A stretch of 64,000 nt of DNA from Elusimicrobiota bacterium (GCA_043811535.1 JBDRNC010000029.1:1-64000); one strand, 5' to 3'; positions 10,285-19,905 are shown, counted from the first letter of the stretch. Program-made: numbers and translations. The notes: generated by a model not told the origin, from the letters alone.

Positions 10285-11496
10285 ATGCCTGTATTGAACG
10301 ATTACATCCCGATAGCAGGGCAAAGGGCCATAGACGACCTGAAATTCCTGGCCGATAAGCTTAAAGGGAAGAAGATCCGGCACGTGAATTCCACCGCGGT
10401 CGGAGGGGGTGTCGCGGAAATATTGAACAGGATGGTACCCCTGCTTAATGAACTCGGGGTGGATACTTCCTGGAACGTGATAAAAGGCGAGGAAAGGTTC
10501 TATGAAGTAACTAAGAAATTCCATAACGCCCTGCACGGGAAAAGCGAGGAGTTCTCTCAGGAGGACTTTGACCTGTTCATTGAGAACGGGAAGAAGAACG
10601 CGTCTGAGATGAAGCTGGACAGCGATATCATGTTCATTCATGACCCGCAGCCCATAACTCTTGTGGAAGGAAAGTCGTCCAATAAATGGATATGGCGCTG
10701 CCACGTAGATGTATCAAATCCGGACAGGAGGATATGGGAATTCCTTGAACAGTATATCAACAAATACGACGCGTCGGTATTTTCGGCGCCCGGGTTTTCC
10801 CAGGTACTTCCCATCAGGCAATTTCTCATTGCGCCCTCGATAGACCCTTTAAGCGACAAGAACAGGGAATTGCCGCGGGAAACCATTGACAGCACGCTGA
10901 ACGGGCTCGGAGTTCCGCGGGATAAGCCGATAATCCTTCAAATCTCGAGGTTCGACCGCCTCAAGGACCCCGTCGGTGTCATAGAAGCGTATAAACTGGT
11001 GAAAAAATACGTGGACTGCAGGCTCGTGCTTGCCGGAGGGGGCGCGTCCGATGATCCCGAGGGAGTGGCTGTACTTAACGAAGTCAGGGAAAAGGCATCA
11101 AACGACGGTGACATCCATATACTCCTCCTGCCGCAGAACGACATTGTCGTAAACGCCTTGCAGCGGTCCGCTGACGTTATAGTCCAGAAATCGCTGAAAG
11201 AGGGTTTCGGCCTCACGGTATCCGAGGCGCTTTGGAAAGGGAAACCGGTCGTGGCTTCAAATGTCGGCGGTATTCCCCTGCAGATAACACACAAATATTC
11301 CGGAATGCTTACATATTCCATTGAAGGAACGGCCTTCGCTTTTAAGCAGCTTCTCAACCACCCGAAGTACGCCAAAAGGCTGGGTGAGAACGGCAGGGAA
11401 CAAATACGCAACAATTATCTGCTGACCAGGCACCTGAAAGAGTATTTGCTGCTCTTTCTGTCATTGTTCAACGACAAAGACCTCGTGTATCTGTAA
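10285..11496 (+). CDS. treT: Trehalose synthase TreT-like GT4 glycosyltransferase
   Basis: HVNSTAVGGGVAEIL, IHDPQP, WRCHVD, SRFDRLKDP, EGFGLTVSEA motifs. Confidence 0.88.
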   Translation: MPVLNDYIPIAGQRAIDDLKFLADKLKGKKIRHVNSTAVGGGVAEILNRMVPLLNELGVDTSWNVIKGEERFYEVTKKFHNALHGKSEEFSQEDFDLFIENGKKNASEMKLDSDIMFIHDPQPITLVEGKSSNKWIWRCHVDVSNPDRRIWEFLEQYINKYDASVFSAPGFSQVLPIRQFLIAPSIDPLSDKNRELPRETIDSTLNGLGVPRDKPIILQISRFDRLKDPVGVIEAYKLVKKYVDCRLVLAGGGASDDPEGVAVLNEVREKASNDGDIHILLLPQNDIVVNALQRSADVIVQKSLKEGFGLTVSEALWKGKPVVASNVGGIPLQITHKYSGMLTYSIEGTAFAFKQLLNHPKYAKRLGENGREQIRNNYLLTRHLKEYLLLFLSLFNDKDLVYL

Positions 11497-11561
11497 AAGA
11501 GTTTTTAAGGATATGCTACGATAGAAAACAGGCAAAAGAATAAATATTCGAGGAGAATTGA

Positions 11562-11684
11562 ATGAAAACCAGCGGTTGGATCCTTATGGCGCTATAGTGG
11601 ACGCTGATTCTATCGGTAGGTATATTTTGTTTCAGCAGGATATTAAAAAAACGCGAAGGACCAAAAGACCAGGATAAAAGCTGA
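11562..11684 (+). pseudogene. Small single-TM membrane protein interrupted by in-frame TAG
   Basis: SD aggag at 11551; reads MKTSGWILMAL*WTLILSVGIFCFSRILKKREGPKDQDKS*; TAG at 11595-11597. Confidence 0.55.
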
Positions 11685-12086
11685 AAATGTGACGGAATTA
11701 ATTCAATCATAGAACCGGGTAAACTGTAGAAAAGTTGGCCTGGTTTTTTATTGCGATGGTTGACCCGCCGTCGTTTTTGTGGTGGGTGATCGCAAGATAA
11801 CAAAACCTGAACCGTTTGTGGTTCAGGTTTTATGCCGTTAGGCGTCCATCGCAGCACACTCTACTTTAATTTAAAGGATTGCTAAGTTGGCGAGGGAGAA
11901 GTTTACGAGGAAGTATGTGTGCGACGACTTGTTCTCCCTTGAAGGAAGCACACCGAAGCGAGCCTGCAATGGCGAGCGTCTTCCGAGAAACTTACTCCCG
12001 AGCGAAACGTACTTTTGAGGATTAGTTCCGGAACGAACTATGCTAAGATTGCTTCGCCACGATAAGCCGGGGCTCGCAATGACATA

Positions 12087-13205
12087 TTATTTCGGGCATT
12101 CTTTCTTAACTATTTCTTCAACGTATTCAGCTATAGCAAGACATCCCGTAAATCCCGGCGACTCTATCCCCATCAGATTTATCAATCCCGGCAGGCCTTT
12201 ATCCGCTTCGTGTCTTATGACGAAATCCCTGAAACCGTCATTCGGGCCCTGGAGTTTCGGTCTTATTCCGGCGGTATCCGGGAAAAGGTCTTCGGGTTTG
12301 ACTTCGGGAAAGAACTTGACGACCTCGTCGTAAAAATGGCTCCTATGAGTGTCGTCTATGGAGTAATCAACCTTGTCCACGTAATAGGCGCTGGGCCCGA
12401 GGCGTATTGCGCCGGTCAGGTCGGGCGTTATGTGAATTCCCAAGCTGTGTATCCCGGTGTCGGGCACCGGATAAATGAGCCGTTTTACTTTCGGCTCCCC
12501 GCGTATCCTGAAATACTCACCTTTGCTGGTGTATATGCGGTATCCCGCTTTATCAACGTCAATTCCGCACATCGCGGCTACTTTATCGCACGAAAATCCC
12601 GCGCAGTTTATAAGAATGCCCGTTTCAAACCTGTAATTTTCCTTCTTAAGCGTCAGAATAAAGCCTTTTTTTGTTTTTTCCGCGGCGACAATTTCCGAAT
12701 CAAAGGAAATCACGGCGTCCCTGCTCTGCGCCTCGTTCATCAGGGACTGCATGACAGCGTGCGTGTCCATTATGCCGGTGGACGGGGAAAGCATTCCCGC
12801 CTTGCAGTTGATGCGCGGCTCAAGTTCTTTGACTTTTTTGCCGTCGACTATTTCAAGGCCGCGCGCGCCGTTCTCGGAACCGGTCTTTTGCAGGTTCTCA
12901 AGGCGCTTGAGTTCTTCATCGTTGACCGCGACGATTATTTTTCCCAGGTTCTTGTGTTTAATGCCGTTCTTTCTGCAGTATTCGTATAGAAGAGGATTTC
13001 CGCGCGCACACATCTTCGCTTTGAGGCTTCCGGACTGGTAGTATATGCCGGCGTGTATTACCTCGGAGTTCCTGCTTGAGGTTTCCTCGCCGAATCTCAT
13101 GTTTTTTTCAAGCACGAGCACGGATTTGCCGAATCTTGCCAGCCGGGCGGCGACCGCAAGCCCTATAACCCCTGCTCCGATGATGGTAATGTCTATTCTA
13201 TCCAT
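12087..13205 (-). CDS. FAD-dependent oxidoreductase, L-2-hydroxyglutarate oxidase (LhgO)-like
   Basis: GAGVIG; ETSSRNSEVIHAGIYY; GIESPGFT. Confidence 0.85.
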   Translation of the reverse strand: MDRIDITIIGAGVIGLAVAARLARFGKSVLVLEKNMRFGEETSSRNSEVIHAGIYYQSGSLKAKMCARGNPLLYEYCRKNGIKHKNLGKIIVAVNDEELKRLENLQKTGSENGARGLEIVDGKKVKELEPRINCKAGMLSPSTGIMDTHAVMQSLMNEAQSRDAVISFDSEIVAAEKTKKGFILTLKKENYRFETGILINCAGFSCDKVAAMCGIDVDKAGYRIYTSKGEYFRIRGEPKVKRLIYPVPDTGIHSLGIHITPDLTGAIRLGPSAYYVDKVDYSIDDTHRSHFYDEVVKFFPEVKPEDLFPDTAGIRPKLQGPNDGFRDFVIRHEADKGLPGLINLMGIESPGFTGCLAIAEYVEEIVKKECPK

Positions 13206-13211
13206 AAAATG

Positions 13212-13292
13212 AATTACAAATTTGCCGATTACAAATTACACATTCACGGTAAAAGCAGTTAATCTGTAATTTGTAATATGTAATCTGTAATT
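13212..13292. repeat. Inverted heptamer array, ATTACAA/ATTACAG family (also 14687-14755, 31505-31578)
   Basis: attacaaatttgccgattaca...tgtaatttgtaatatgtaatctgtaat. Confidence 0.85.
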
Positions 13293-13641
13293 AAGATTTT
13301 ATCCGTTTTGCTTCATTCCATATCTTGTCCAACGCGTAGAAATACCTTGCCTGGGTCGACATTACATGCACGACTAACCCGCCGTAGTCAAGCACCGACC
13401 AGTGGCGAGAGTCCTTCCCTTCGCGGTGGATCGTTTCAATCCCATCTTCTTCGCAAAAAGTCCTGCGGATAGCGTCTGAGACGGCTCTTAATTGCGGGGT
13501 TGACAATGCGGTCACAATAAGGAAATAATCGGCTACCGATGTGAGCCTGCGGACATTCAAAAGAAGGATATCTTCACCCTTCTTATCGTCTGCTATTTTG
13601 GCTGCTTTCTTTGCAATCTTAAGGAAGCTCAGTTTTTTCAT
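13291..13641 (-). CDS. rsfS: Ribosome silencing factor
   Basis: DKKGEDI, WSVLDYGGLVVHVM, FYALDKIW. Confidence 0.92.
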   Translation of the reverse strand: MKKLSFLKIAKKAAKIADDKKGEDILLLNVRRLTSVADYFLIVTALSTPQLRAVSDAIRRTFCEEDGIETIHREGKDSRHWSVLDYGGLVVHVMSTQARYFYALDKIWNEAKRIKS

Positions 13642-13727
13642 TTATTGTAATCCCCTTTAGGGGGGATAGGCGTATTTGTTGTTTGGTCTTTACGGAATAC
13701 GGACGACGGAATACGAAATACGGTCTT

Positions 13728-14657
13728 TTACGCCGACGTATCTTTCATGGTATTAAGTCTCCGGCGGTCGTTTTCTTCCTGCTGGTGCTTGATATTCTCT
13801 ATCGCCTCGGCGAGCTGTCCGGCTACGGACATCAGCAGAAGCAAGTGGCTGTTCTTGAACACGCCCGCTTTCCTTGTGTTCCAGAGGGACAGGAAACCCT
13901 GCAATTTGCCGTCTTTCAATATGGGGGCGGCAAGAACCGACAGCGCGTTGGCGAATATGGAGTCTTTCAGCGAATCCGGTTCGTTAAAAATTGTGCCTTG
14001 CTGGTTTTTCTTTATGAGGAAGATATCGGAATTAAGTTCCGGTATCTCTTTTGCCGACGGAGGAGCCATGAGAGGGTCGTAATCCTGGTTGAATTCGTTG
14101 TAGATGTAAAACGCGCTTTTCTCGGCGTCAGGGACGGCGAGCAGTACCTCGTCCATCACGCCTTTCGCGATGACAGGAAGGCCTTTTCCGGAGGAAATTA
14201 TCTTTCCGGTCTGGTATACCGTAGCGAGTTCCCGGCTTGTCTGCTCAAGGCGTTCCATGGAAACCTGCAGGAGTCCTTCAAGCACTCTCAGGCCGGCTTG
14301 TGGTTCTTTCTTGATGAACCCGAGAAAATCGGCGCGTTCTATCTTCAATAGAGCGGAATCGGTTTTCGCGGCGGCTTTTGCAGTTCTCGGGGAATCGGAG
14401 AAGAAAGCCATTTCGCCGAAAACGCTCCCCGGACCGAGTAACGCAAGCACCTTTTCGTTCCCGGGCCCGAGTTCCTTGGAGATCACGACCTCGCCGGAGT
14501 CCACGATGTAAAAAGCGTCCGCTTTCATTCCTTCCCTGAATATCTGGCCCCCTGTCTTGAATTTCGCTTCTTTCAACTGGTCGACGAGCTGTTTGAGCAG
14601 GGTTTCATCCAGTTCTTTGAAGATGAATACTGTTTTAAGCATTGAAAGTTTGTCCAT
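13728..14657 (-). CDS. Cyclic-nucleotide-binding domain plus GAF domain protein
   Basis: FGEMAFFSDSPRTA cNMP motif; C-terminal GAF-like (SVLAAPIL...VAGQLAEAIEN); ATG at 14657 after SD gaggtg. Confidence 0.8.
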   Translation of the reverse strand: MDKLSMLKTVFIFKELDETLLKQLVDQLKEAKFKTGGQIFREGMKADAFYIVDSGEVVISKELGPGNEKVLALLGPGSVFGEMAFFSDSPRTAKAAAKTDSALLKIERADFLGFIKKEPQAGLRVLEGLLQVSMERLEQTSRELATVYQTGKIISSGKGLPVIAKGVMDEVLLAVPDAEKSAFYIYNEFNQDYDPLMAPPSAKEIPELNSDIFLIKKNQQGTIFNEPDSLKDSIFANALSVLAAPILKDGKLQGFLSLWNTRKAGVFKNSHLLLLMSVAGQLAEAIENIKHQQEENDRRRLNTMKDTSA

Positions 14658-14757
14658 AAGCACCTCTTTAATAAAACAATTATTGCAATTACAAATTACA
14701 TATTACAGATTAAAGGCCCATAAATTTGTAATTTGTAATCTGTAATATGGAATCTAT

Positions 14758-15822
14758 TTACATCGTCGGCCTGCCGCTGGTTTTTATGTATTCAGGGCTA
14801 TGCGCCTTGGCTATGGCGTCTTCCTGCGTTATCGTGTTTGACTGCACGAGGTTGAGAAGGGCGCGGTCAAGGCTGATCATGCCGAATTTGGCTCCTGTTT
14901 CTATGGCCGAGTATATCTGATGAGTCTTTCCTTCGCGGATCAGGTTGGATATCGCCGGCGTAACCGTCATGATCTCGCGGGCGGCCACCCTGCCGACTCC
15001 GTCAGCCTTTGGTATCAGCGTCTGCGATACGACGCCGCGCAAAGACGTTGAGAGCTGAACGCGCACCTGCTGCTGCTGGTGCGGGGGAAAAACGTCTATG
15101 ATACGGTCAACAGTCTGCGCCGCGTCGGTAGTATGCAGAGTTCCGAAAACCAAATGGCCGGTTTCTGCGATAGTCAGCGCCGCGCCGATAGTTTCAAGAT
15201 CGCGCATTTCTCCGATAAGGACGATGTCCGGATCCTGCCGGAGGGCCGTTTTGAGCGCCGCTGTGAAGCTTCTTGTCTGCTCACCCACTTCTCTCTGGCG
15301 GACGATGCAGGCTTTGCTCTCGTAAACGAATTCAATGGGATCTTCTATGGTCAGTATGTGTTCCGCGCGTTTCCCGTTGATTAAATTGAGCAGGCATGCC
15401 AGCGTCGTGGATTTTCCGGAACCGGTAGGACCGGTCACAAGAATAAGCCCGCGAGGGGTGTCCGCGAACTGGAGTATCGCGGGCTGGAGCCCCAAATCTT
15501 CGGGGGTCGGGATCTTGGATGATATTACGCGCATGACCGCCTCGACACCGTTCCTTTGCATCAGGACATTGACGCGGAACCTGGAGACACCGGGCAGCGA
15601 GAACGAGCAGTCCAGTTCCATCGTCTCTTCGAATTTGGTCTTGTGCGCGTCGAAGAGTATGGAATATATCAAGCGCTTGGATTCCTCGGCCGTGAGAACC
15701 GGGAATTCATCCATCGGCGTGACGCTTCCCCTTAGCCTCATCATCGGCGGTTTCCCGATGACCATGTGAATGTCGGACGCGCCGCGCTGAACGGCGGTCT
15801 TGAGAATCTCTGCCATTTCCAT
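14758..15822 (-). CDS. pilT: Type IV pilus retraction ATPase
   Basis: ASDIH, GPTGSGKSTT, TIEDPIE, LRQDPD, AETGHLVFGTLHT, NLIRE; ATG after SD aaggagg. Confidence 0.93.
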   Translation of the reverse strand: MEMAEILKTAVQRGASDIHMVIGKPPMMRLRGSVTPMDEFPVLTAEESKRLIYSILFDAHKTKFEETMELDCSFSLPGVSRFRVNVLMQRNGVEAVMRVISSKIPTPEDLGLQPAILQFADTPRGLILVTGPTGSGKSTTLACLLNLINGKRAEHILTIEDPIEFVYESKACIVRQREVGEQTRSFTAALKTALRQDPDIVLIGEMRDLETIGAALTIAETGHLVFGTLHTTDAAQTVDRIIDVFPPHQQQQVRVQLSTSLRGVVSQTLIPKADGVGRVAAREIMTVTPAISNLIREGKTHQIYSAIETGAKFGMISLDRALLNLVQSNTITQEDAIAKAHSPEYIKTSGRPTM

Positions 15823-15896
15823 ACTAGCCTCCTTGAGCACATTTAGTGTTTCTATTAAATTGCCTTATGCGACCCCGCCGTTGGCGGGGGCACATC

Positions 15897-17090
15897 TTAT
15901 TTCCTGAATTTAGTTTCGGTTCCTGCGCCGGCAATGCAGTCTTCTCCGAGCATGACCCTTATATCTACGAAATGCTTGTTATCGTACCTTGTTATGACTT
16001 CGCCGCAGCCGATGATTTCGGAAATCTTCTGAGCGGAACGCAGGTTGTCAGTCAGGTCGGTGATAACCGTCCTTTTCTGCCTTATTGAATATGTTCCCCA
16101 GTCCGTGACGTCATAGCCGTTCTTTCTCAGTATCCAGCAGACCTTTTCGGCAAGCCCGTTTTTTCCTGACGCGTTCCATACTTCCACGCGCATCCTGGGC
16201 CCCGTTGAAACTACAGTGCCGGTGGAGGGGAATATCCTGTCAAGCAGCGCGTTAGTGTTGTCGTAATCTATGTCCCAATAATCCCTTTTCGGTTTTCCGG
16301 GGAGCTGGGCAAGGCGCACGTTTTTCAGGCTCACGTCTTTCATTTCCAGAGAGCCGACCATCATGTCCCATAGCGAGAAATTGGTGCACACGTTTTGCGA
16401 GGCAGCCTTTACTATCTGCGGGAGCCTGAAAAGCAGGGATGGATTCTTGCTTCTCGCGAGCACGGCTTTTACGAAACGCTGCTGCCTGTATATCCTGCCG
16501 ATATCGCCGGCGACTCCGCGGTACCTTACGTATTCAAGCGCTCGCTGGCCGTTGAGGCGTTGCTTCCCGGGGTCAAAGTGTATGTGAAGTTTGCCCCAGT
16601 TGTCGTCATAATGCATCGGTTCTTCAATGTCTATCGTGACGCCGCCCAGGTAATCTATGAATTTCTTGAACCCGGCGTAATCTATCCTGAAATAATACGG
16701 GATCGCGATGCGGCCCTGAAACAGCTCCTCCACGGCCGCCTGGAGTTCCTTGCACGCGGCGCGGTCGTTCTGTTTCTGCTTGAAATGATAGGCGTATATC
16801 TCGTTAATTTTGCGGAAATGATAGCCGGAAGGGGTAAAATGGGTGTCGCGCGGAATGGAAATAACGTCAAGGAAACGCGTTCTAGGGTCGTAACTGATAA
16901 ACATTAGCGTATCCGAGTGCCGCGCGTAGTCCACCCAGTCAGTCCCGATAATGATGGCGTTTATTCTTTCGCCCTTGCGCACGGCCCGCGACAAAGGGCT
17001 CGTCCACGACAGGTATATGGAAAACCCGGCGAGAATAACGATAGCGAAAAGAATGTAGTGGTTAAGTTTTAACTTTTTAATATATTCCAT
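15897..17090 (-). CDS. LytR-CpsA-Psr (LCP) family protein with LytR_C domain
   Basis: N-terminal TM; HSDTLM, SIPRDT, YVRYR..DIGRIYRQQ; VEVWNASGKNGLA. Confidence 0.9.
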   Translation of the reverse strand: MEYIKKLKLNHYILFAIVILAGFSIYLSWTSPLSRAVRKGERINAIIIGTDWVDYARHSDTLMFISYDPRTRFLDVISIPRDTHFTPSGYHFRKINEIYAYHFKQKQNDRAACKELQAAVEELFQGRIAIPYYFRIDYAGFKKFIDYLGGVTIDIEEPMHYDDNWGKLHIHFDPGKQRLNGQRALEYVRYRGVAGDIGRIYRQQRFVKAVLARSKNPSLLFRLPQIVKAASQNVCTNFSLWDMMVGSLEMKDVSLKNVRLAQLPGKPKRDYWDIDYDNTNALLDRIFPSTGTVVSTGPRMRVEVWNASGKNGLAEKVCWILRKNGYDVTDWGTYSIRQKRTVITDLTDNLRSAQKISEIIGCGEVITRYDNKHFVDIRVMLGEDCIAGAGTETKFRK

Positions 17091-17097
17091 AATAAGA

Positions 17098-17220
17098 CGA
17101 TTTCACAGATTAGGAACAACGATTACACCGATTACTAAAACGATTCCACAGATTATGAACGACGATTACACCGATTCAGGCAGTTATCTGTGTAATCTCA
17201 GTTTACTTCTGTGTAATCGT
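17098..17220. repeat. GATTACAC(A/C)GATT repeat array with inverted arm overlapping the yqeK 3' end
   Basis: Four gatt(a/t/c)cac(a/c)gatt units then tctgtgtaatc twice. Confidence 0.8.
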
Positions 17221-17783
17221 AGTTCCTCGTTATATGCTTCTACCGCCAGCGGATGGAGCCATTGCTTTTTCTTCAAAACGTATAGAAGCTTATTGCTCAG
17301 CGCCGCGCGGAAAGCGGCGTCAAGGTTCCTTGCCGCGGTTTTCCTGGTTTTTTCTAACCCGGGAAACCTTCTGTCGGGAGCGGTGTAGTCGGCGACGTAT
17401 ATCAGTTTTGCGAGCCGGCTTATTCCGGGCCTGGCGAGCGTATGGAACGCTATCGCTTCAATAATATCCTTCTTTTTTGTGAAATATTTAAGGGCTACAT
17501 GCGCTCCGACAAAGCCGTGCAGGAGTTTCGGGTTATATTTCATTATCTCCGCGCGGAAAGGTATTTTCAGTCCGTTCCTTTTGACGTACCGGACGAGTTC
17601 TTTAGGCCCGTATATTCTGCCGACGTCGTGCAGCATGCCCGCGAGCCCGGCGTCCTTTATGGAAACGCGGTGCTTCACGGCGAGCATAACCGCGGCGCGC
17701 GTGACGCCCAGTGAATGCTTGAATTTGGCGCTATCCAGGCGCTTTTTAATGAAATTCGCGGCTTTTTCAGTTATAGATTCCAT
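17184..17783 (-). CDS. yqeK: YqeK-like HD hydrolase (Ap4A hydrolase)
   Basis: HSLGV, LHDVG, LLHG, AIAFHT, IYVADY; follows nadD. Confidence 0.85.
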   Translation of the reverse strand: MESITEKAANFIKKRLDSAKFKHSLGVTRAAVMLAVKHRVSIKDAGLAGMLHDVGRIYGPKELVRYVKRNGLKIPFRAEIMKYNPKLLHGFVGAHVALKYFTKKKDIIEAIAFHTLARPGISRLAKLIYVADYTAPDRRFPGLEKTRKTAARNLDAAFRAALSNKLLYVLKKKQWLHPLAVEAYNEELRLHRSKLRLHR

Positions 17784-18390
17784 TTTTAATTATGTATGAG
17801 GCTACAGCATTCGGAACTAGTCCTTTCAATTTATTCTTTAAGTCCGTCTTCCGTCTCCCGTCTTCCGTCTTCCGGCTTGACTGGGCGAGCATCCTGATCC
17901 CGGTGGAAGAAACCGACGGAAGTGTTTTCCGGAGCACGTGGACGCGCCCCGCGGAAGGCTTTCCGGGCTTGGCCGCGCCCTTTCTTACGCCCACGATGAG
18001 CTCGGACAATTCAAGTATCCTTCCGGGCCTTTTCCAGCTTTTGATATCCGCCAGGGAATCGGAACCTAATATGAAAAACAGCGCGGAACCGCGGTATTTC
18101 TTCGAGAAATGCTCCAGAGTCCTGTATGTGAAGACCGGTTTTCTCTTATTAAGTTCAAAACGGCTTACGGAGAATGAGGGATGCGGTTTTATCGCGAGAG
18201 AAAGCATTTTTAACCTTCGGGACGGGTTGCTTAGCGCTTTATGCTTCTTGTGCGGAGGTGTGAATGCCGGTATGAATATGACCTTGCCCAGCCTGAATTC
18301 TTTTTTTGCCAGCGACGCGAGTTTGAGATGGCCGGCGTGAACCGGATCGAAAGACCCGCCGAAGAGGCCGATACGCTTTATTTTTACCAT
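17767..18390 (-). CDS. nadD: Nicotinate-nucleotide adenylyltransferase
   Basis: GGSFDPVHAGH, PPHK, FILGSD, SSTGIR. Confidence 0.92.
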   Translation of the reverse strand: MVKIKRIGLFGGSFDPVHAGHLKLASLAKKEFRLGKVIFIPAFTPPHKKHKALSNPSRRLKMLSLAIKPHPSFSVSRFELNKRKPVFTYRTLEHFSKKYRGSALFFILGSDSLADIKSWKRPGRILELSELIVGVRKGAAKPGKPSAGRVHVLRKTLPSVSSTGIRMLAQSSRKTEDGRRKTDLKNKLKGLVPNAVASYIIKNGIYN

Positions 18391-18438
18391 TAATGTTTAT
18401 ACGGTCTAAATTTTGGTGATGTTTCCGTTTGCTTAAAT

Positions 18439-18551
18439 AAATACTAAATCTAAAACACTAAACAAGCTCAAAACAGAAAATACAAAAGCAAAATTATTGA
18501 ATATTTGAGTTTTGTATTTTGGATTTATTTAGAATTTAGAGTTTAGTGTTT
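18439..18551. repeat. Inverted heptamer array, ACTAAAT family (related copy in opposite orientation at 38865-39000)
   Basis: aatactaaatctaaaacactaaac...tttagaatttagagtttagtgttta. Confidence 0.8.
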
Positions 18552-18635
18552 ACTGAGATAAGTCTAACAAAAAAGGGCTTAAAAAGCAATGCAGTTTATA
18601 ACGACGATATCTGTCATCCGTCAACCGTCAACGTA

Positions 18636-19901
18636 TTATTGCCTCACCTCTCCGTGTCCGTATACTAAAAATTTCGTTGTCGTGAGTTCTTTCGCGCCCA
18701 TCGTTCCGCGCGCGTGAAGCTTGTTAGTGGAGATGCCTATTTCGGCTCCGAGCCCGAACACGCCGCCGTCATGCAGGCGCGTTGAGGCGTTGTGGAATAC
18801 CGCCGCCGCGTCAACTTCGCGCAGGAATTTCTCCGCGGCTGCTTCATCCCCGGTGATTATCGCTTCCGAGTGTCCGGAGCCGTATTTATTTATATGCGCT
18901 ATCGCGTCTTCAAGCGAGTTGACCACTTTTATGGACAATTTCAGGGACAGGTATTCTTCCGACCAGTCCTCTTCAGACGCGTCCTTGACCTGCGGGACGA
19001 CGGATTTCGTGACCTGGCAGCCGCGTATCTCCACGCCCTGCTTGAAATAGAGCTCGCACAAGGACGGCAGCAGCTTATTGGCGGCATCCGAGTGGACAAG
19101 CAGCGTCTCCATCGCGTTGCACACGCCCGGGCGCTGGCATTTCGCGTTGACCGCTATCTTTTTCGCCATCTCGATATCGGCCGACTTGTCGATATACGTG
19201 TGGCACAGCCCCTTGCCGTGGGCCAGCACCGGCACCGTGGCGTGCTCGCGGACGAATTTTATCATCTCTTCGCCGCCGCGGGCTATTATAAGGTCTATAA
19301 GGTTGTCCAGTTTAATCATGTCTATTATCGCTTCGCGGTCGGCGACTTCGATGAACTGCAGCGCGCCTTCCGGCAGACCCGCCGAGTAGGCGGCCTTTGC
19401 GATTATCTTGACAAGAGCGTTGTTTGAGTTGATGGCTTCCGAACCGCCGCGCAGGATTATTGCGTTGCCCGCTTTGATGCACAAGGCGGAGGCGTCGGCC
19501 GTCACGTTCGGGCGCGACTCGTAAATTATGCCGACAACTCCGAGCGGCACGCGCACGCGCCTGATTTTCAGCCCCGACGGCGGGTTCAATTCCTCTATTA
19601 TCTCGCCGACCGGATCTTTCTGTGCGGCTATCTCGCGGATGCTTTTCGCCATGTCCTCCACGCGCTTGTCGTTAAGCGCGAGGCGGTCTATCAGGGCTTC
19701 CGAAAGGCCCGCTTCCTTCGCGGCGTCCACGTCGATCTCGTTCTGGAAAAGGATTTCTTTTTTCTGCGCCGAGACGGCTTCCGCGATCGCGATAAGTATC
19801 TTGCTTTTCGCCTCGCCGGAAAGAGCGGCAAGCGCGCGGCTCGCGATCTTCGCCTGCGCGGCCCGTGTAATGATGGTATTCTTAAGTTCAGTGCGTTCCA
19901 T
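18636..19901 (-). CDS. proA: Gamma-glutamyl phosphate reductase
   Basis: IYESRPNVT, RPGVCNAMETLL, GAEIGIST.KLHARG. Confidence 0.95.
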   Translation of the reverse strand: MERTELKNTIITRAAQAKIASRALAALSGEAKSKILIAIAEAVSAQKKEILFQNEIDVDAAKEAGLSEALIDRLALNDKRVEDMAKSIREIAAQKDPVGEIIEELNPPSGLKIRRVRVPLGVVGIIYESRPNVTADASALCIKAGNAIILRGGSEAINSNNALVKIIAKAAYSAGLPEGALQFIEVADREAIIDMIKLDNLIDLIIARGGEEMIKFVREHATVPVLAHGKGLCHTYIDKSADIEMAKKIAVNAKCQRPGVCNAMETLLVHSDAANKLLPSLCELYFKQGVEIRGCQVTKSVVPQVKDASEEDWSEEYLSLKLSIKVVNSLEDAIAHINKYGSGHSEAIITGDEAAAEKFLREVDAAAVFHNASTRLHDGGVFGLGAEIGISTNKLHARGTMGAKELTTTKFLVYGHGEVRQ

Positions 19902-19905
19902 AAAA

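Noticed and set aside
9633..11496. DUF5752-treT pair and GT4-GH130 pair (53808-57334) as novel systems
   Set aside because: To my knowledge these are recurrent, already recognised gene neighbourhoods
11595..11597. Genome-wide TAG recoding
   Set aside because: TAG terminates ordinary genes in this window (e.g. at 5509, 35424, 58254)
11516..11857. 113-aa minus-strand ORF
   Set aside because: No motif or SD; overlaps hairpins and a better-supported plus-strand microprotein
17098..17220. Spaced repeats as a CRISPR array (also 26541-26689)
   Set aside because: Units are 7-13 nt and degenerate, spacers are too short, and there are no cas genes
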